The position numbers were made by a program, and so were the translations under genes. The notes under the pieces were generated by a model. It ran no database searches and had not been told where the DNA came from. It saw nothing but the letters and a program-made list of their open reading frames with translations. Of a stretch of 64,000 nt of DNA, positions 60,265-64,000 are shown in pieces (the first letter of the stretch is position 1; the number at the start of each line of letters is the position of its first letter). The stretch comes from Lepidodermella squamata (taxonomy: Eukaryota; Animalia; Gastrotricha), in NCBI GenBank assembly GCA_047495785.1, contig JBLDXI010000024.1, positions 2,294,001-2,358,000 of the forward strand, written 5' to 3'.

Positions 60265-62447
60265 GTTATTAACAGGCTAAAACAAATGAGATTCTTCTTA
60301 ATGAAAGTATCATTGCGACTATCATTGGTTAAAACAGTGGAAAGATGGTAAAAGAATGCACATGCAATGTCAGCAATACGAGACGTGAGAGTTGAACCAT
60401 CTTGCTCTTGCAACAGATGGAGGTGATAACCCGCGAAAGAAACAGCTTGCCCGTTGCTATTAACTACGTCGTTATAATTTTTATATTATTCCGATTAACA
60501 ATATTATTATTTAATATAAATTATTTAATAAACAATTTAAAATAAACGTGACAGTCGCAGGGGATTTTCGGCCCGCAATATGGGCACTGATGACATTGAT
60601 GACAGCATGGATGGAAACAATTCTGGCAATTTGATGTCTAACGGCCAATGCAATGGGAATTCTGAAATTCCTCTGTCGATTTCGCATCACTCTATCGAAG
60701 GAGATCAGATTAATTATCAAGTGATTTCCACGTTGTATCAACCAGTCAATCGAATTAATCACACTTCGTCTGCTGATAACTCCGAAACGACTGGGGAGAA
60801 TTACACCCAAATTTGTGTTGTAGTGGGCAATGGGAAGATCTCCGTTCAAGATAACGATGTAAGTTATTGCCATTGGTTTCAGCGATAAATCTTCGAATTC
60901 GAATGTTAAATAGGCTGTAGATCAGGAATACCCATCAAACAGCTCTGTCTTTGTCTCGAATTGTCCCTACGTTATCGGTTCCAATTTCAAGGGCCACATT
61001 GATGAAATTCTCATCTGCGATTTTGCGTTGACTGCCGATGAAGTCGATGCGCATTACGCTGGGCCTGTATCGCTTCAAAACGCCGGCCTCATCCCACCAG
61101 CCTTGACGCCGCGACCTCGCTACAGCGATACACCGGCTCAACCTAGCCCAAACAATTCGTGTGGTCACAACAAATACTGGAATGCCAACGAAGATTTGCT
61201 GCCATCTGTTCAAATTGTCGGTGGCTTTGACTCAGCTGAAAATGAGTTCCCCTGGCAGGTAAAGCTGTTATCTTACTCTCAATTTTGTTGAACTTGAATT
61301 TTCATAGGGTCTTTTGCTGACGCGAGTCGAAGGTCGCACAAGGCCAATTAGATGCGGTGCCGTGGTTATAAGCAACCGATGGGTCTTTTCTGCGTAAATT
61401 TTCGAGTTTCTAGTTGCCGATTTAAGGATAACACTTTATTTTCCAGGGGCCACTGCTGTGTTTCAACCACGCCCATCATGTGAGTTGATTTTTCATTTTG
61501 TACCCACAGCAGTTTATAATTTTGTATGACAGTGAGCGAATTATCTTGGTTGGTGGCAATTATGGCTGGCAGGGCAGTCTCAATAAGACTCTAGCGTTGT
61601 ACAGTACGGTTCGGACAGCCAAACAGGCCATCCTTCATCCCGACTTCAACGAAGATGCCGATCCGCTCATTTTCAGCGACATTTGCCTCCTCGAATTGAA
61701 CGAGACGATCCCACTGGACAGCTGGGCTATACAGCCAATTTGCCTGCCTAGCAGCTGTGCTGACGTTTGCTCGCCTGGTGAGCTGGTTGCGATCTCCGGT
61801 TATGGTGCTACTAGCAACAACGGATTCACGACAAAGCGCCAGCTCAACAACGTCGTTCCAGTCATTGACGATGCGCTTTGCGAGCAGCGATACGCGGCTT
61901 ACGGGTTTAAAGATGGCACCATGGCCGAGTTGAAAGCTTTTTGTGCGAGCTATGACGGCACTGGCGGGGTTGATACCTGCGGCGGTGATTCCGGAGGACC
62001 AGTCGGTTGCTTCAAAAATGGTTATTTTGTCCTTCAGGGGCTGACCTCGACCGGCATAGGATGTGCTGAACCCAGATATCCTGGTATCTATACCAATGTT
62101 TGCAAGCTATTGGACTGGATCAACAGCAACATGGCGAACCCCGGGGGATCGAACTAAGAATATGCTGTTCGCTGTTGCGATTTATTTAAAAAGAATCTTA
62201 TAATCTTGCGACTGGTTATTTTCGCAAAAAATGCTTACTATTTAAATTTAAATTCCAATTTAAATAAAACCACAATACAACCGCCGAATATTTTATTTCG
62301 TGATTCATGGTTTTTGTGAAGTTTAATTCGTAGATTGCTCTCCTCTATAAAAAAATTGGAGATCAATAAATTATAAAATGGCATGAAAATCGAGTTTTGA
62401 GACGTCGGTTTTCGCTGGTTCGCTGTTTCGAAAATGAAAGAAAAAAA

Positions 62448-62680
62448 TGGGTCGAAGGGAGATTCGAACCCTGGACCGCTTGGCAATTACTCAGACGGCG
62501 AGACCACTGCACAACAGAACTAGGTAATGGTAGTCATCCTTTTCCGTCAATTTTATACACCAAACGAACGATACAGATAAGCGTTCTCAACCAATCTCGG
62601 ATAGGAAGGGTCCTGTTGTATAGCGAACTCAACCCAGGTTTCTAACCCTAAAGGTCCAGGGTTCGAATCCTCCATTCACC
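62448..62680. other. Divergent pair of tRNA-like (SINE-head or pseudo-tRNA) sequences
   Basis: GGTCCAGGGTTCGAATC B-box on the minus strand (~62460-62477) and on the plus strand (~62653-62669); poor acceptor stems. Confidence 0.4.
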
Positions 62681-63604
62681 CGATAACTTTCAGTTTTTTG
62701 AGAGATGGCAAAGTGAAGAAACTACGCCACAACGAAACAACCAAAAATGCCGTCAAGAACTAGCTCCGGTTTTTCTCTGCAGCTTCTGTGTTCCACCGTC
62801 CTTAATCGTCAAGACATACATCTCCGCTCTGCGGTAAAAAGCTAATTTCACATAATTTTACAGGTTTGGAGAAATTGCTTTTTAGCAGCGGTTATACTAT
62901 TATTTGGCATCAATTTATTTTCTGCCGCCCCAGGTTTGCGCCAGAGTCCACTAATTTTGTTGGGTCTTAGGCAAATAAATTTATCTTTTAACTTCGCTTG
63001 TCGTTCGATTTGACGGGGATTTTCCTGTTTATTTGATTTGCATTTATCGGTTATTGGTGACCCTCCGGTGTTTATTTGTGCTACAACTCAGCCAAAAAAT
63101 GGTTTTACACTTTCAACTCAATGAATATTCTCAATGCGGCAGGGATAAACTTTTCAATCGATCTCCATATTGAACTCAGACAAAAAAAAAGAAAATCACA
63201 ATCGATTGTGTGACGTGTGGCATCTATTTATAGTATTTGCACTAAAAAATGAGAACCGATGACTTCGCCTTTTTGCTGGGCAAATTGGGCCCGCTATGCC
63301 AAAAGTATTCCACTCTGACAAGGCAAACAATAATGCCTAGTGTAACGTGAAGGTGAAGCTGATTGTAGGGGTCGCCAGCTTCCGAGTATTAAATGTTTAA
63401 CATTTCAGGCTGAAATTTTGACCGTGACTTTTTAGAGCAAGTTCATTGCCTGGAGTGACCCCGGGATCGCGTGAAACCGAATGAAGGCGCGTGACAACGG
63501 TGCGTCGTGAAAAAAATAAAAAATAATCTCATTCATTGCGTTACACTTTTTTAAATTTAGTGTTTTTTGAAAATCGAATTTTCACTACTAATAAAAGAGT
63601 GGCC

Positions 63605-64000
63605 ATGTTTTCACGTGTTAACTGGACCGCCTTGCTTTTCGCATTGGCTAGTCTAATTCATGCTTCACAGCAGGATGGCTTCAAGCGATGTATCTCGCGG
63701 CGGAACGGCGAATTCATGGGCTGCAAACCCGAATGCTCGTTCTTGGATGAAATTCAGGTGATTATCCCAATTGCGCTGAAATTATGTTGAAGTTGAATCA
63801 AATCAAATTTCAGCTTGGACAACCGAGGCCGACTATGGCATCTTGCGTTGCAGGGGTATGGCCTAATCTCCCATTCATATATCAGCAGTGATAATTCTTT
63901 ATTTTGACAGTCGGCGCGAAGCTGTTACAACTTCAAAACGTTTACGCTGAGATGCATGGCCAACGCTGATAAATGTTCGAGCGATGAAGTGCCGGTAACT
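63605..64000 (+). CDS. Cys-rich/LamG-like/trypsin protease copy 5, 5' part (runs off the window)
   Basis: Signal peptide, then FKRCISRRNGEFMGCKPECSFLDEIQ|LGQPR..|SARSCYNFK...RC...C..DEVP, paralogous to copies 1-4. Confidence 0.85.

Larger units (their letters stand above)
52492..60609. mobile_element. Autonomous DDE DNA transposon (RAG1/Transib/CMC-related transposase) with cargo genes
   Basis: TIRs ~52492-52653 and ~60450-60609 starting CATGCTGTCATCAATGTCATCAGTGCCC; GA duplicated on both sides. Removing the element and one GA restores the host reading frame. Confidence 0.93.
50892..62157 (+). pseudogene. Cys-rich/LamG-like/trypsin protease copy 4, disrupted by an 8.1-kb transposon and a 2-bp frameshift
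   Basis: The exon starting at 52486 resumes at 60612 (RADGNNSGNL, aligning to RTDGSDQGDL of copy 3). An extra AT at ~52261-52264 breaks DSDI-NDH. Confidence 0.85.

Noticed and set aside
62608-62680. Suppressor tRNA (CTA in a loop-like segment)
   Set aside because: No proper acceptor stem or D arm; it looks like a tRNA-derived repeat.

Overview
Animal (invertebrate) genomic DNA with short GT-AG introns (mostly ~40-60 bp). Host genes: the 3' part of an ADAMTS9/20/GON-1-like gene, a U2 snRNA, five copies of a secreted trypsin-family gene (Cys-rich modules + LamG/pentraxin-like domain + S1 protease), a cyclase-family hydrolase, three paralogues of a DxD glycosyltransferase-like family (two flank a carbohydrate sulfotransferase pair in a tight same-strand cluster), a nAChR-like Cys-loop subunit with an anion-type PAR motif, and an astacin-EGF-CUB-kringle protein that has lost its catalytic motifs. 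A Gly(CCC)/Arg(TCT)/Arg(CCT)/Ile(TAT) tRNA cassette recurs four times, and there are many MITEs. The main discovery is an 8.1-kb DNA transposon (52492-60609; ~160-bp TIRs, 2-bp GA target duplication) inserted in one protease copy. It encodes an apparently intact spliced RAG1/Transib/CMC-type DDE transposase and carries cargo genes. One cargo gene is a miniature Rad21/Rec8-like cohesin kleisin, with both SMC-binding ends joined by a short linker; as given, it has a 1-nt frameshift in an A-run. All calls come from reading the sequence by eye; no searches were run.
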